From the NCBI GenBank assembly GCA_965226885.1, contig CBDDEL010000015.1, positions 512,001 to 576,000 on the forward strand: 64,000 nt of DNA, read 5' to 3'. Below, piece after piece: positions 45,326 to 56,845 of this stretch. The notes below the pieces were generated by a model. That model had not been told where the DNA came from, ran no database searches, and saw only the letters and a list, made by a program, of their open reading frames with translations. Position 1 is the stretch's first letter; every line of letters starts with the position of its first letter. The position numbers and the translations under genes are program-made. This DNA comes from Opitutales bacterium. GTDB taxonomy: Bacteria; Verrucomicrobiota; Verrucomicrobiia; Opitutales; UBA2987.

Positions 45326-45386
45326 CAAAATTGGTTGGATGGGTAATCCAAAGACGCCACCTATATTTTGAACATTGAGGGAATGA

Positions 45387-46193
45387 ATGATGAAAAAAAC
45401 TGAAGTTAAGAAAATCACTGATTTAAAGGACAAGATCGAGGCCTATCGGGCATCGGCCCTTGCGGCAGGGAATGGTAGAAAGAGAGGCCCAGCAAGACTC
45501 GGAAATCTTGCCCTGGCCAGCGCTGCCGCCGGTGGGGCCGCCTTGGCTATGGCCCCTGCGGCCGAAGCCGTCATTCAACACAGTGGCCCGCAGAATATTA
45601 TGCTGACGGACGCCACTGGAAGTCCTTATGCCCCCACGTCTTTTACCATCAATTTGGACGGCGATCTCTTTAATGACTTGAAAATAAATCATTTCCACCC
45701 AACATATTACTTCAACCAAGCCAGCGTCGAGCTACTGAATGGCGCGAGCGTCCTTGCAAGTTATAGAAGTTATTATTTGCATACTGCCAAGGCCCTGATC
45801 TCCGACTACAATATTGCTAACACCCTCGGAAACTGGCGTGGTGCCATCTCCGGCAACGGGACCAATGTTTTAGGTGCTTATAATGCGACAATTAATGGTA
45901 ATTTCGACGGCCAGGGAAACAGGTACCTCGGCGTCCAGTTTACCAATTTCACCTCGAACCAGAGGCATTTCGGCTGGGTCCAGATTAACGTTGCGGCAAA
46001 CACCAGTTCTCTCAAAATCGTGGACTGGGCCTGGGAAGACACCCCCGGTGTCTCCATCTTGGCCGGGGCCGGCGCACCCCAACCCCAAGCCGAAATCCCA
46101 ACCCTGAACGAATGGGGCATCATCGTATTGATGACCCTGCTGGCTGGGGCCGCCGCCTGGAAAATGAACAAGCCCGAGCTTTTGCAGGCTTAA
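45387..46193 (+). CDS. Surface protein with IPTL-CTERM sorting signal
   Basis: Extended signal region; C-terminus EIPTLNEWGIIVLMTLLAGAAAWKM. Confidence 0.85.
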   Translation: MMKKTEVKKITDLKDKIEAYRASALAAGNGRKRGPARLGNLALASAAAGGAALAMAPAAEAVIQHSGPQNIMLTDATGSPYAPTSFTINLDGDLFNDLKINHFHPTYYFNQASVELLNGASVLASYRSYYLHTAKALISDYNIANTLGNWRGAISGNGTNVLGAYNATINGNFDGQGNRYLGVQFTNFTSNQRHFGWVQINVAANTSSLKIVDWAWEDTPGVSILAGAGAPQPQAEIPTLNEWGIIVLMTLLAGAAAWKMNKPELLQA

Positions 46194-46480
46194 ATAAACC
46201 GGTAAGGGCTTTGGGATTGTGTTGAATCCCTTTCTGGCAAGCTATCACTGGATGCGGATTGACGATTGCCAAAGCGTATTGAAAGGCGCTATTTTCAACG
46301 ATTATGAATGTTCATATGGGAATTCTTGGATTGTACGGCCTCATTCCGCCACCCCCGCTGCAAAACCTACAATACCAAACCTACGGAAATACTCTCACTT
46401 AAAGTGGTAGCAAAGATGGGGTCCGATCAATTTTCGTTTGAACCGCATCAGTGTTCCTCATATCTATTTTCCAATCAGTC

Positions 46481-47957
46481 ATGCGTGTCGGAATCTTGTC
46501 GCTTATTCACGAATCGAATACCTTCGCCGTCACTCCGACGACGATCGAACTCTTTCGCCGGGACAACCTTCTGATCGGCCAGGAAGTTCGTCGGGAGTTC
46601 GAGGGTGGGCACCATCAGATCAGCGGTTTCTTTGAAGGTTTGAAGAGCGCGGGCGTTGAAGCCGTCCCCATTTTTTACGCCTCGACACCGCCGTCCGGGA
46701 CCATCACCAAGGAAACCTGCGAAGAACTGATCCGATTGATGTTCGAGGCGCTGGACAATGCGGGGCCTCTCGAAGGGTATCTGGTATCACCTCATGGAGC
46801 CAATGCGGGCGAGGGTCCCAACTATCGGGACCTTGATGGATTCTGGCTGACGAAGCTGAGAAAACGTGTCGGGCAGGAAACACCGATTATCTGTGTCATC
46901 GATCCCCACGCTAATCTTTCGGAACGAATGATTGAGGCCTGCGACGCGACGATCGCCTATCGGTCGAATCCACATCTGGATCAGAGGGAGCGGGGACTGG
47001 AAGCGGCTGATCTGATGGTTCGGACGCTCCGGGGAGAAATCAAGCCGGTTCAAAAAGCGTCGTTCCCTGCCTTCGCGATCAATATCGAGAGGCAAGGGAC
47101 CACCCGATGGCCTTGCCTTCCTCTCTATGAACTGGCCAATCGCCAATTGAAAATGACCAGTGTTCTCTCCAACAGTGTTGTCCTCGGATTCCCTTATTCA
47201 GACGTCGAAGAGATGGGGTCGTCCGCTCTCGTCGTGACCGATGACGATCCCGATCTCGCCCAATCGCTGGCGGATGAAATGGCTGGCTACATGTTGGCCC
47301 ACAAAGAGGAATTCGTTGGGGAATACAATACAATCGAGGAGGCGATCGACCAGGCAGTCGGGATGTCGGGTCCTGTCTGTTTGCTCGATATGGGCGACAA
47401 CGTAGGGGGCGGATCCGCGGCAGACGGCACGTTGATCGCTCAGGAGATCCATCGGCGTGGTGATACCACGGGATTCGTCTGTCTATACGATCCAGAGTCC
47501 CAGAAACAAGCGCGGGTGGCGGGTGTTGGGAGCAACCTGACGCTGACAATGGGCGGGAAGATGGACAATCCGACACGGCCAACCGCTCATAGCCGAGGTG
47601 ACGGTCAAGAGTCTGCACGATGGCTATTTCGAAGAGTCGGCAGTCCGTCACGGTGGCTACACGCATTTTGATATGGGTCCCACTGCCCTCGTGACGACGG
47701 AAACCGGACTGACGATCAGTCTGACCAGTTTGCGTATTGTTCCGGTTAGTCTCGGAGTCGTCACCAGCATTTGTTTGCAACCATCCGACTTTCAGATTCT
47801 GGTGGCAAAAGGGGTCCATGCCCCCGTGACGGCGTATGAGCCGGTTTGCAGCGAGCTGATTCGGGTCAACACGACAGGGGCGACGGCCGCCGATATGCGG
47901 ACCTTTGAATATCGGCATCGACGAAAACCGATGTATCCATTTGAAGAAATCATCTAA
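46481..47957 (+). pseudogene. M81/MlrC family metallopeptidase, +1 frameshift near 47570
   Basis: HESNTF, HGA, DPHAN, PHLD, DNVGGG. An extra C in AATCCGACAC separates ORFs 46451 and 47598. Confidence 0.85.
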
Positions 47958-48287
47958 TCTCCGCTTCGATATGGCGCTAACGCGACCCACCGTGGAGTGA
48001 TTTGTGAACCTGCGGTAGCCCGATGATCTTATTGATTTTCCGTTCCATAACGATCTTGCCATTCTCCCATTTCCCATTCACTATCCCCCCGATTGAAGGA
48101 TTTCCCAGCCAAGCTCAAGGCAATGCTTGAGAATCTATCCTCCCGGCGATCTACCGGTGGGAGCAAGCAGCACAAAGCGGTTTCCCAAAGTGGAGAACCT
48201 AACCCAATGGTTCCACCTCCTGTGCCACTGAACTCGGAGCAAAAGAAGGTTGTCAGTCACCTTCGGATAAATGGAGCAAGGGACTTA

Positions 48288-49419
48288 TACCAAATCGCAA
48301 AAGGATTGATAAAGATTAAAAAACAGCTATAAAGGCGGAATGAGAAGATATATGGGAACCGATGAAGACCGTGAACGTATCAAGAAATTGCTCAACAAAG
48401 AGGCTGTCGGCTGGCGTAAAGAGCGTTTGGTGGCATTAAAAATGGGCTTCCAGCCGCACCACAGCATTGATGAAATTGGAGCCATCGTGGGCCGAGGCAA
48501 AGCGACGATCCAGCGTTGGTTTGACAAATATCGTGCTGCAGGGCTCGGGGCGGTGCTTACACGCGCCTACAAAGGCGGGATCAAAAGCCGTTGCGACAAA
48601 GAGGTGGAGGCCTTCTTGCTCAATGGTTTGAAGGTCGCGCGCTGGAACACAGCCGTTCAGGCGGGGCAAGAGCTGGAGCGACATTTCGGGCGCTCCTTCG
48701 CCTACAAGACGGTGTGGCGATGGCTAAAAAAATGCGCCGGGGTGCTTCGAGTCCCTCGGCCCGTGCATGAGAAACGGGACTCGGCAAAAGCGGAAGCGTT
48801 CAAGCGAGACTTTTTTAAGATCCTCCAGGAGCTTTCCCTCACCCGAGGCAATCGGGTTCGGGTGTGGTTTGCCGATGAAAGCCGTTTTGGTTTGCTTCCG
48901 GTGTACCGCCGGTGCTGGACGCAAAGAGGGCTTCGGCCGCACAAAAAATATCAGACAAGATACCAGTGGAGCTACTGTTACGGAGCCCTCGACGTGGTCA
49001 ACGGCGAGATGGTATGCATCCAAACCCCTAGCACGAATCTACAGTGGACGGAGGCTTTCCTCCAACAGATCAAAAAGCAATATCCTGAGGAGGAACATGT
49101 GGTTGTATGGGACGGGGCAGGCTTCCATCCGCACGACTCGGAGCACCCCAACGTCCCCCCGGGCATACATATCGTGAATTTGCCGCCGTATAGTCCTGAA
49201 CTCAACCCGATTGAAAGACTTTGGGATATGATACAGGATCAAACGGCCAACAAACTGTGGCCGAGCATTGAGCGACTCGAAGAAGTCGTCGCAACCCATC
49301 TCAAAGACTGGTGGGAGGACACTGAAAAAGTCCTCTCTTTAGTTGGCGGAGGCTGGCAGCACATTCAAGCAAACGCTTCTGCCAAATAACTTATTATCAT
49401 ACCTAATGAGATTTGGTAT
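48288..49419 (+). mobile_element. IS630-family element, transposase 48340-49389
   Basis: FADESRFG, WDGAGFH, LPPYSPELNPIERLW; terminal TACCAAATC/GATTTGGTA flanked by TA. Confidence 0.92.
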
Positions 49420-49506
49420 TAAAGGTGCGAGCGGTACAAGGGGGGGTCAGGTGATTTCCCTGGTGACGATACACGTATTATTCAAGTGCCGATCAAAATT
49501 TTTATT

Positions 49507-49737
49507 CTAAAGGGAAAAACCTCCCGAAGTTTTTTGTCCCAAAGTAGTCGAACGTGGCCAAAGGGAAGAGCGGATCACCCGGCTCTCACCACCCGACGAT
49601 GCGCGGGAGTTTCCCGGCCCCCACGAATCCAGCAACGTCACGCTTGCGCCCTGCCTCAGCAGATGCAGCGCCGTCCACCCGCCGAAAGCTCCGGCTCCGA
49701 TCACGGCGACATGTTGCGGTTTATTAATGGCATACAT
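49507..49737 (-). pseudogene. N-terminal fragment of a sarcosine-oxidase-like FAD oxidoreductase
   Basis: VAVIGAGAFGGWTAL and GNSRASSGGESRVIR, then truncated. Confidence 0.75.
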
Positions 49738-49773
49738 CGTTTTTCAGGCTAGAATACCACCGCTAAATCAAGT

Positions 49774-50631
49774 TCAAATCACGATCTCTTCCAGATCGGC
49801 CCCGATCACGACTCTGCCGGTAAAAACCTCGCTGATTTCCTCAAGGATTTGCTTCTTCGTGGCATCGGTGTTCAGGTCGGGAGTGAGATGCACCAGCGCC
49901 AGCGTATCGACTCCCGCCTCGCGGGCGTTGTGCGCCGCATCCAGATGCCCCGAACAGGTCGTCGTCAGGCGCTTGTCGTCAATCGTCCCGTTGATAAAGT
50001 GGCACATATGCACCAGCGCATCCGCGCCCCGAGCCAGTTCGATCAGCTTGTCCGTCGGCCCCGTGTCTCCGCCGAACACCACCGCGTGCCCTTCTGCCTC
50101 TATCCGGTAAGCCAAGCACGTCAGGTACGGCTGCGCATGGATCACTTCCGCCGCCGTGAGCCGCCAGTCGACGCGCTTGAGTACCGACCCGCCTTCCACC
50201 TCCGTCACATTTGGCGCGGGCCGCTCCCGCGGCAGTACGCCCCCGCGCTCCTCGTAAACCTGTTGGCTCAATGGATGCTGCGTCCGTGCCGTTATGTCGG
50301 GATTGAACGCGCCCGAGATCCCCACCAGTTGTTCGCTCAGTTGAATCGTTCCCGGCGGCCCTATAATATCCAGTTCCGGTATTTTACCGGCTCCCTGGTC
50401 CCACCTTACCAGCACCAAGCTAGCAAAGTCCACGCAATGGTCGTAATGCAAGTGCGTCAGAAATAGCACGTCGATATCCGTTACTTTGATTCCCTTCTCT
50501 ATCAGTCGCCTGAACGAGCAAGGGCCGCAATCGATTAGGAAAGTCTTGTCCGTAAACGACAGGAGATAGCTCGAACTCGCCCGGTTCACATCCGGCGCGG
50601 GAGTTCCGGTTCCAAGAAAGGTAATCTTCAT
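49774..50631 (-). CDS. MBL-fold hydrolase (RNase Z/arylsulfatase-like)
   Basis: FLGTGTP, THLHYDH, GDT, LVHL. Confidence 0.88.
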   Translation of the reverse strand: MKITFLGTGTPAPDVNRASSSYLLSFTDKTFLIDCGPCSFRRLIEKGIKVTDIDVLFLTHLHYDHCVDFASLVLVRWDQGAGKIPELDIIGPPGTIQLSEQLVGISGAFNPDITARTQHPLSQQVYEERGGVLPRERPAPNVTEVEGGSVLKRVDWRLTAAEVIHAQPYLTCLAYRIEAEGHAVVFGGDTGPTDKLIELARGADALVHMCHFINGTIDDKRLTTTCSGHLDAAHNAREAGVDTLALVHLTPDLNTDATKKQILEEISEVFTGRVVIGADLEEIVI

Positions 50632-51115
50632 AGCGACCGACAAATCACGCTGCCATACCAGCCCCCTGTCAAGCCCAAGCGCTTGAATTTGCTCAACGTT
50701 TCCCCGGATTGCTCAAACCGAGATTTCCCATATGAACATTCATAATCGTTGAAAATAGCTACTGTCGAATATATGGAACCAATTTTCTGCTTTCAATACG
50801 CTTTGTCTAATGTCTCTTCTTGGCAGGCGCATACCCCATTGGGCAAAGGACCTGGCAATGAGCCTTGCAGGACGGGCAATGGCAATTTCTGTGATCTTGC
50901 TCGGTGGGATGAACCTTGCGGCCCAATACCTCGTTTACGTCTCCTGATTCGTCTGGATTATCAGCTTTTTGAAGTTCTGCTTTCTGTTGCATGATCTTGT
51001 CCAGAAAGGGCGGAAGGGGTGAATCACAAACTTTCTTGCAAGATTTGGCCGAAATTGTAGAATAATCAATATGACAGAAGCAAATCTATGAGAAATAAAC
51101 TTCTTCTTTACCTAG

Positions 51116-52682
51116 CCCGGATATTTCATGAAGGGTAAAGTTTGGCTCGTTATTGCTATTGGAGATGGATTTCTTTGTATTTTGAGCAGATCGTCTTGAT
51201 TTTTAGGTGTTTTTCAGGGTGTAGAGACACTGCCCCCTTTCCCCCATTGGTTCGGTAGTGCCGGGGGCAGCACCAATGCACCCTTTAGGTTGGCACCAAT
51301 CGGCGGGCCGCATGGTTGAAAAGACTGGCCCAAGGATAACTCTCACTTAGGTGAAAGTGAATCGTTCGGGTGTTGCGCACGATGACCGCTCCGATCTTGA
51401 TTAATTTGAGCCGCAGGGTGTGGCATTGGGCCCGCGCCCACTTCGTCCCTTTTAAGGCTAACCGGCGCATGGCTTCCATCAAGGTGTAGGCCAGCGCCGA
51501 CAAGAGCAATCGCCACTGATTGGCCCACCATTGATGGGCGCTGGTGCGCTCGCTGAACAATTGCATCTGTTCCTTGATTCGGTTCTCCATTTCACCGCGG
51601 CCACAGTATACCTTGTCGTAAAGCTCCTGGGGATCGCCCGGCAGGTTCGTCACCACGAAGCGCGGGTTGGACCCCTGTGCGGTGTGTTCGGCTTTATGGA
51701 TGACCAACCGCAGCCATCGCCACGAATCGGCAGCATAGACGAAGTCCTGGAATAACCGTTGTTTTTTACCCCTTAGTTCGAACCATTCTTTGGCCTGCTT
51801 TTGCAACTGCTGGGCGTCTTGCTGCAAGCGTGCATTGCGAGCCATCCCCACGATGTAACTAACTTCGTTGCGGTCGCACCAAGAGAGTATCCGGTCTCGA
51901 CAAAATCCACTGTCGGCGCGCCAAATAATCCGCGTACGGGGCCAGCTTTGGCGAATCCGTTTAACCAGCAATTTGAGGATGGCCCCGGCATGCTTGCTGG
52001 CATCGATCTTGCTCGGCCGCAGGTAGGCCACCAGCAGCTGATCACCGCAAAAAACATATAGCGGCAGAAAACAGTAATGATCATAATAACCGTGGAAAAA
52101 ACGTCCCTCCTGGAGCCCGTGCACCGGATTGTCGGTGGCGTCAAAGTCCAGGATGATCTCTTCGGGTTCCTCGGCAAAGGAGCCCATGAACTGTTCGACC
52201 AACAGCTCGTTTACCGCAAAGGCCGCCCGCCGATCCTGCCCGTTTTCAAAACGACACAAAGTCGGCGCGCTGGCCAACGTTTCAATGCGCCCCGTTACCG
52301 TTTGCAACAATGGATCGTGGCGCAGGGTATCAAAGTCGTTCAAATCCTCATAGCCCGCCACCAGCCCGTAAACGCGCTGCCGCAGCATCCCCAATACCTC
52401 ATGGCGTACTTTGCCCTTCTGCCGTTTGTCCACTAACTGTCGGGCCGCTCGTTCGGTCAAGCCCAACTGCCGATCCACTTCCCGGATCAAAAGCAGTCCG
52501 GCATCCGAAGTAACCTCTCCGCCCTTGAAATCAACCCGCACACGGCGGCCTTTTACCCTTGTCAACTGTAGCTTTAATTGTTTACCCTTTGTCATCGCTG
52601 ATATTGCTTTAATTATTGATCTATCCTGCTGTATATCAGCAGTTAAGCATATCAACGATACTTTTTTTGCGAAATATCCGGG
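51116..52682 (-). mobile_element. IS1380-family copy D (1567 bp), transposase 52595-51285
   Basis: TIRs; CTAG at 51112-15 and 52683-86. Confidence 0.95.
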
Positions 52683-52686
52683 CTAG

Positions 52687-52979
52687 CCCGGATATTTCAT
52701 GAAGGGTAAAGTTTGGCTCGTTATTGCTATTGGAGATGGATTTCTTTGTATTTTGAGCAGATCGTCTTGATTTTTAGGTGTTTTTCAGGGTGTAGAGACA
52801 CTGCCCCCTTTCCCCCATTGGTTCGGTAGTGCCGGGGGCAGCACCAATACACCCTTTAGGTTGGCACCAATCGGCGGGCCGCATGGTTGAAAAGACTGGC
52901 CCAAGGATAACTCTCACTTAGGTGAAAGTGAATCGTTCGGGTGTTGCGCACGATGACCGCTCCGATCTTGATTAATTTG
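52687..52979 (-). mobile_element. IS1380 right-end fragment E
   Basis: Matches the right end and last codons of the transposase; cut at an IS5-like TIR. Confidence 0.9.
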
Positions 52980-53178
52980 GAGGCTGTCCCAAAAGGGTGA
53001 TTTTTGCGAGGGCTTTTGATAGGCGCTCATTTTAGAGGTATTTGCATTTGGGAGAGTATCAACTTTGCTCTCCTATGACGTTAGGATACTGGTTTTGGGG
53101 TCCGGTTGCCTGGTTTTCTTTGTATGAGCCGACAGTAAGGCTGTGAAAAAGTATTGTCCTTGCTTTTCCGCTCTCTAG
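52980..53178 (-). mobile_element. Right-end fragment of the IS5/ISNCY-like element
   Basis: Reverse complement of 44073-44271; ends at the CTAG holding its transposase stop codon. Confidence 0.9.
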
Positions 53179-54745
53179 CCCGGATATTTCATGAAGGGTA
53201 AAGTTTGGCTCGTTATTGCTATTGGAGATGGATTTCTTTGTATTTTGAGCAGATCGTCTTGATTTTTAGGTGTTTTTCAGGGTGTAGAGACACTGCCCCC
53301 TTTCCCCCATTGGTTCGGTAGTGCCGGGGGCAGCACCAATGCACCCTTTAGGTTGGCACCAATCGGCGGACCGCATGGTTGAAAAGACTGGCCCAAGGAT
53401 AACTCTCACTTAGGTGAAAGTGAATCGTTCGGGTGTTGCGCACGATGACCGCTCCGATCTTGATTAATTTGAGCCGCAGGGTGTGGCATTGGGCCCGCGC
53501 CCACTTCGTCCCTTTTAAGGCTAACCGGCGCATGGCTTCCATCAAGGTGTAGGCCAGCGCCGACAAGAGCAATCGCCACTGATTGGCCCACCATTGATGG
53601 GCGCTGGTGCGCTCGCTGAACAATTGCATCTGTTCCTTGATTCGGTTCTCCATTTCACCGCGGCCACAGTATACCTTGTCGTAAAGCTCCTGGGGATCGC
53701 CCGGCAGGTTCGTCACCACGAAGCGCGGGTTGGACCCCTGTGCGGTGTGTTCGGCTTTATGGATGACCAACCGCAGCCATCGCCACGAATCGGCAGCATA
53801 GACGAAGTCCTGGAATAACCGTTGTTTTTTACCCCTTAGTTCGAACCATTCTTTGGCCTGCTTTTGCAACTGCTGGGCGTCTTGCTGCAAGCGTGCATTG
53901 CGAGCCATCCCCACGATGTAACTAACTTCGTTGCGGTCGCACCAAGAGAGTATCCGGTCTCGACAAAATCCACTGTCGGCGCGCCAAATAATCCGCGTAC
54001 GGGGCCAGCTTTGGCGAATCCGTTTAACCAGCAATTTGAGGATGGCCCCAGCATGCTTGCTGGCATCGATCTTGCTCGGCCGCAGGTAGGCCACCAGCAG
54101 CTGATCACCGCAAAAAACATATAGCGGCAGAAAACAGTAATGATCATAATAACCGTGGAAAAAACGTCCCTCCTGGAGCCCGTGCACCGGATTGTCGGTG
54201 GCGTCAAAGTCCAGGATGATCTCTTCGGGTTCCTCGGCAAAGGAGCCCATGAACTGTTCGACCAACAGCTCGTTTACTGCAAAGGCCGCCCGCCGATCCT
54301 GCCCGTTTTCAAAACGACACAAAGTCGGCGCGCTGGCCAACGTTTCAATGCGCCCCGTTACCGTTTGCAACAATGGATCGTGGCGCAGGGTATCAAAGTC
54401 GTTCAAATCCTCATAGCCCGCCACCAGCCCGTAAACGCGCTGCCGCAGCATCCCCAATACCTCATGGCGTACTTTGCCCTTCTGCCGTTTGTCCACTAAC
54501 TGTCGGGCCGCTCGTTCGGTCAAGCCCAACTGCCGATCCACTTCCCGGATCAAAAGCAGTCCGGCATCCGAAGTAACCTCTCCGCCCTTGAAATCAACCC
54601 GCACACGGCGGCCTTTTACCCTTGTCAACTGTAGCTTTAATTGTTTACCTTTTGTCATCGCTGATATTGCTTTAATTATTGATCTATCCTGCTGTATATC
54701 AGCAGTTAAGCATATCAACGATACTTTTTTTACGAAATATCCGGG
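53179..54745 (-). mobile_element. IS1380-family copy F (1567 bp), transposase 54658-53348
   Basis: TIRs; CTAG at 53175-78 and 54746-49. Confidence 0.95.
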
Positions 54746-55316
54746 CTAGGTGCTTTGATTTTGCTCGTGGTGTTTTCAATTCGCGCGACCGCCTTAGATT
54801 GCTACGAGTCATCGATTGTTAGCCCATCGCCATTCATGGGAAACAACGAAGAGATCTTCAAGCTTGCTGATGGGTCATTGTGGGAAGTGAGGTACGAATA
54901 CGAGTATTTGTATGAGTATTCCCCATCGGTTGTCATTTGTCCAAATCTAGGAAGATTGATTATCGGTGGGAATTCGCTCGACGTGAAATTAGTTGCCGCT
55001 GCTCCGGGTTCCAGCAGTGCAGGCTCAAAACAGACTAAAGGATGGGATATCTTCGAAGAAACAAATATTGAAGGAAGCGTCAGTGGGATGGTAAAGCAGG
55101 GCCGTATATTTAAGACAACGTCTGGAAGTATCTATGAAGTTACCGGGCTAACTTTACAGCTCGTACTGGAACTTCAACCTGAAGTAACAGTTTTGCGAAA
55201 TGGGGATATCTACAAGTTAATCGTTGAAGGATTTGACGAACCGCTGGTCTGCAAATGTCTCAATTGTAGCAAGTCGGCCACATATTCCTCTTCGGCTTCG
55301 TCACAAACAGAAAAAG

Positions 55317-56128
55317 GGTAGTGTATAAAAAAAGAATGTTATTTTGTATTTTTAGCTGTACAAATAGCGTTAGGCAGTTTATTCTTAGTGCATGGTTACT
55401 AAAATTATTAATTGTCGGCACTGTGGAAGTGAAAATATCATTAAATTTGGCAAGACGCCCAACCATAAACAGCGCTACCGCTGCCATGATTGTGGTAAAC
55501 AAAGCCGCGAAAACCCCACAGTGAAATACACCGAAGAGCAAAAAGAAATGATCCTTCGAGTCTATCAGGAACGCAGCAGTCTACGCGGTTTACAGCGCGC
55601 CTTCGGGGTGAGTCCCAACACCGTTTTGAGTTGGTTAAAAAAAACGACAATCGCTGCGACCGCTCAAAAGCACGATTCTGCACGATTCTTGCGGCCCGCC
55701 GCCATGATGTCATTGAACTGGACGAACTGTGGTCTTTTGTGGGGCGCAAGAGCGATGCCCAATGGGTTTGGATCGCTCTTTGCCGACGCACCCGTCAAAT
55801 CCTCTCCTATGCCATTGGGCCTCGGGATTGGTATCGTTGCCGGGAACTTTACGAGCGTCTGCCACGGGCCTACAAAAGATGTGCCACCTACAGCGACTTT
55901 TGGAGCACTTATGATGAAGTCTTTCCTCATAACCGATCCGTGGGAAAAGAAACCGGTGAAACGGCCCATGTGGAACGATGGAACAATACCCTGCGCCAAC
56001 GACTGGGTCGTTTCACACGCAAAACCCTCTCCTTTTCCAAGCTTAAGAGTATGCATGAAACCTGTCTGAGACTTTTCATTCATCAATATAATCAAGAATT
56101 AGCCACCATTCCTACTTAATACACTACC
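55317..56128 (+). mobile_element. IS1-family element copy 2 (812 bp)
   Basis: 8-bp TSD AGAAAAAG; 10-bp internal duplication at 55670-55689. Confidence 0.93.
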
Positions 56129-56368
56129 AGAAAAAGTAACAATAAAGGCAGCCCAACCGTCCTCAGGCAAGACCAAAGTCGGCACTGGCAACGGGATTAT
56201 TGAAAGACAGATTGATGGTGATTTTGAAGTCGGGTGCTCGTTACAAAATGATCGTCGACGGTGTCCCGAAAGCCATCGGCGTAACCCGACTCAAGTAAAA
56301 CCCAACAAGCCAGATTTACACGATGACACATAGCCACGGATATTCCGCAACGTTAGATAATTTAAGCA

Positions 56369-56845
56369 ATGATCGCTTATAAATTTCGGGGTGCGGATCA
56401 GATGCCATACGCCTTCGATATTATATTGAGAGAGCGACTTTTCTGCTCCGATTGGAAGATTCTTAATGACCCAATGGAAGGACATTTTTCGTATAACTGT
56501 ACTCGAAGTACCCGGTATGGTACTCGAAGTACCCGGTATGGAAATCTTCACAAGGGCATGTCCGAATGGACCTACGAAAAGGAAATTCGCATAATACAGA
56601 ACACCGAGTGGTTCGACATTAAGGGTGGAGTGAAACGGGTAATCTGCGAATCACGAATGAAGCCAGCGAAGTTCAATGCCTTGAATATTATCTGCGAAAA
56701 GAGGCAAATACCAACCACTCGAATGTACATTGACAACGAAGGAATCGATTTGATCGGAGAAAGGGATCCTTCGTTTAAATTCGCTAAGGCGTTGGAAAAT
56801 TATAAAGACAACACCCAACCAGGCCCTCCAGGCAATTCCGGCTAG
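56369..56845 (+). pseudogene. DUF2971-like protein, apparently internally deleted
   Basis: YKFR...LNDPMEG and W.YEKEIRI motifs without the usual central MW.HY segment; 21-bp duplication at 56499-56540. Confidence 0.5.

Larger units (their letters stand above)
51088..56298 (+). pseudogene. Secreted protein gene broken by IS1380 cluster 2, IS1 copy 2 and a probable deletion
   Basis: Rejoins as MRNKLLLYL|GALILLVVFSIRATALDC...SQTEK|VTIKAAQ...IERQIDGDFE; a shifted frame ends SGARYKMIVDGVPKAIGVTRLK*. Confidence 0.75.

Noticed and set aside
48093..48332. 79-aa ORF upstream of the IS630 transposase
   Set aside because: It reads across the IS left end and has no recognisable motif.
50807..50992. 61-aa Cys-rich small ORF
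   Set aside because: No recognisable family and it lies in decayed DNA, so it cannot be supported.
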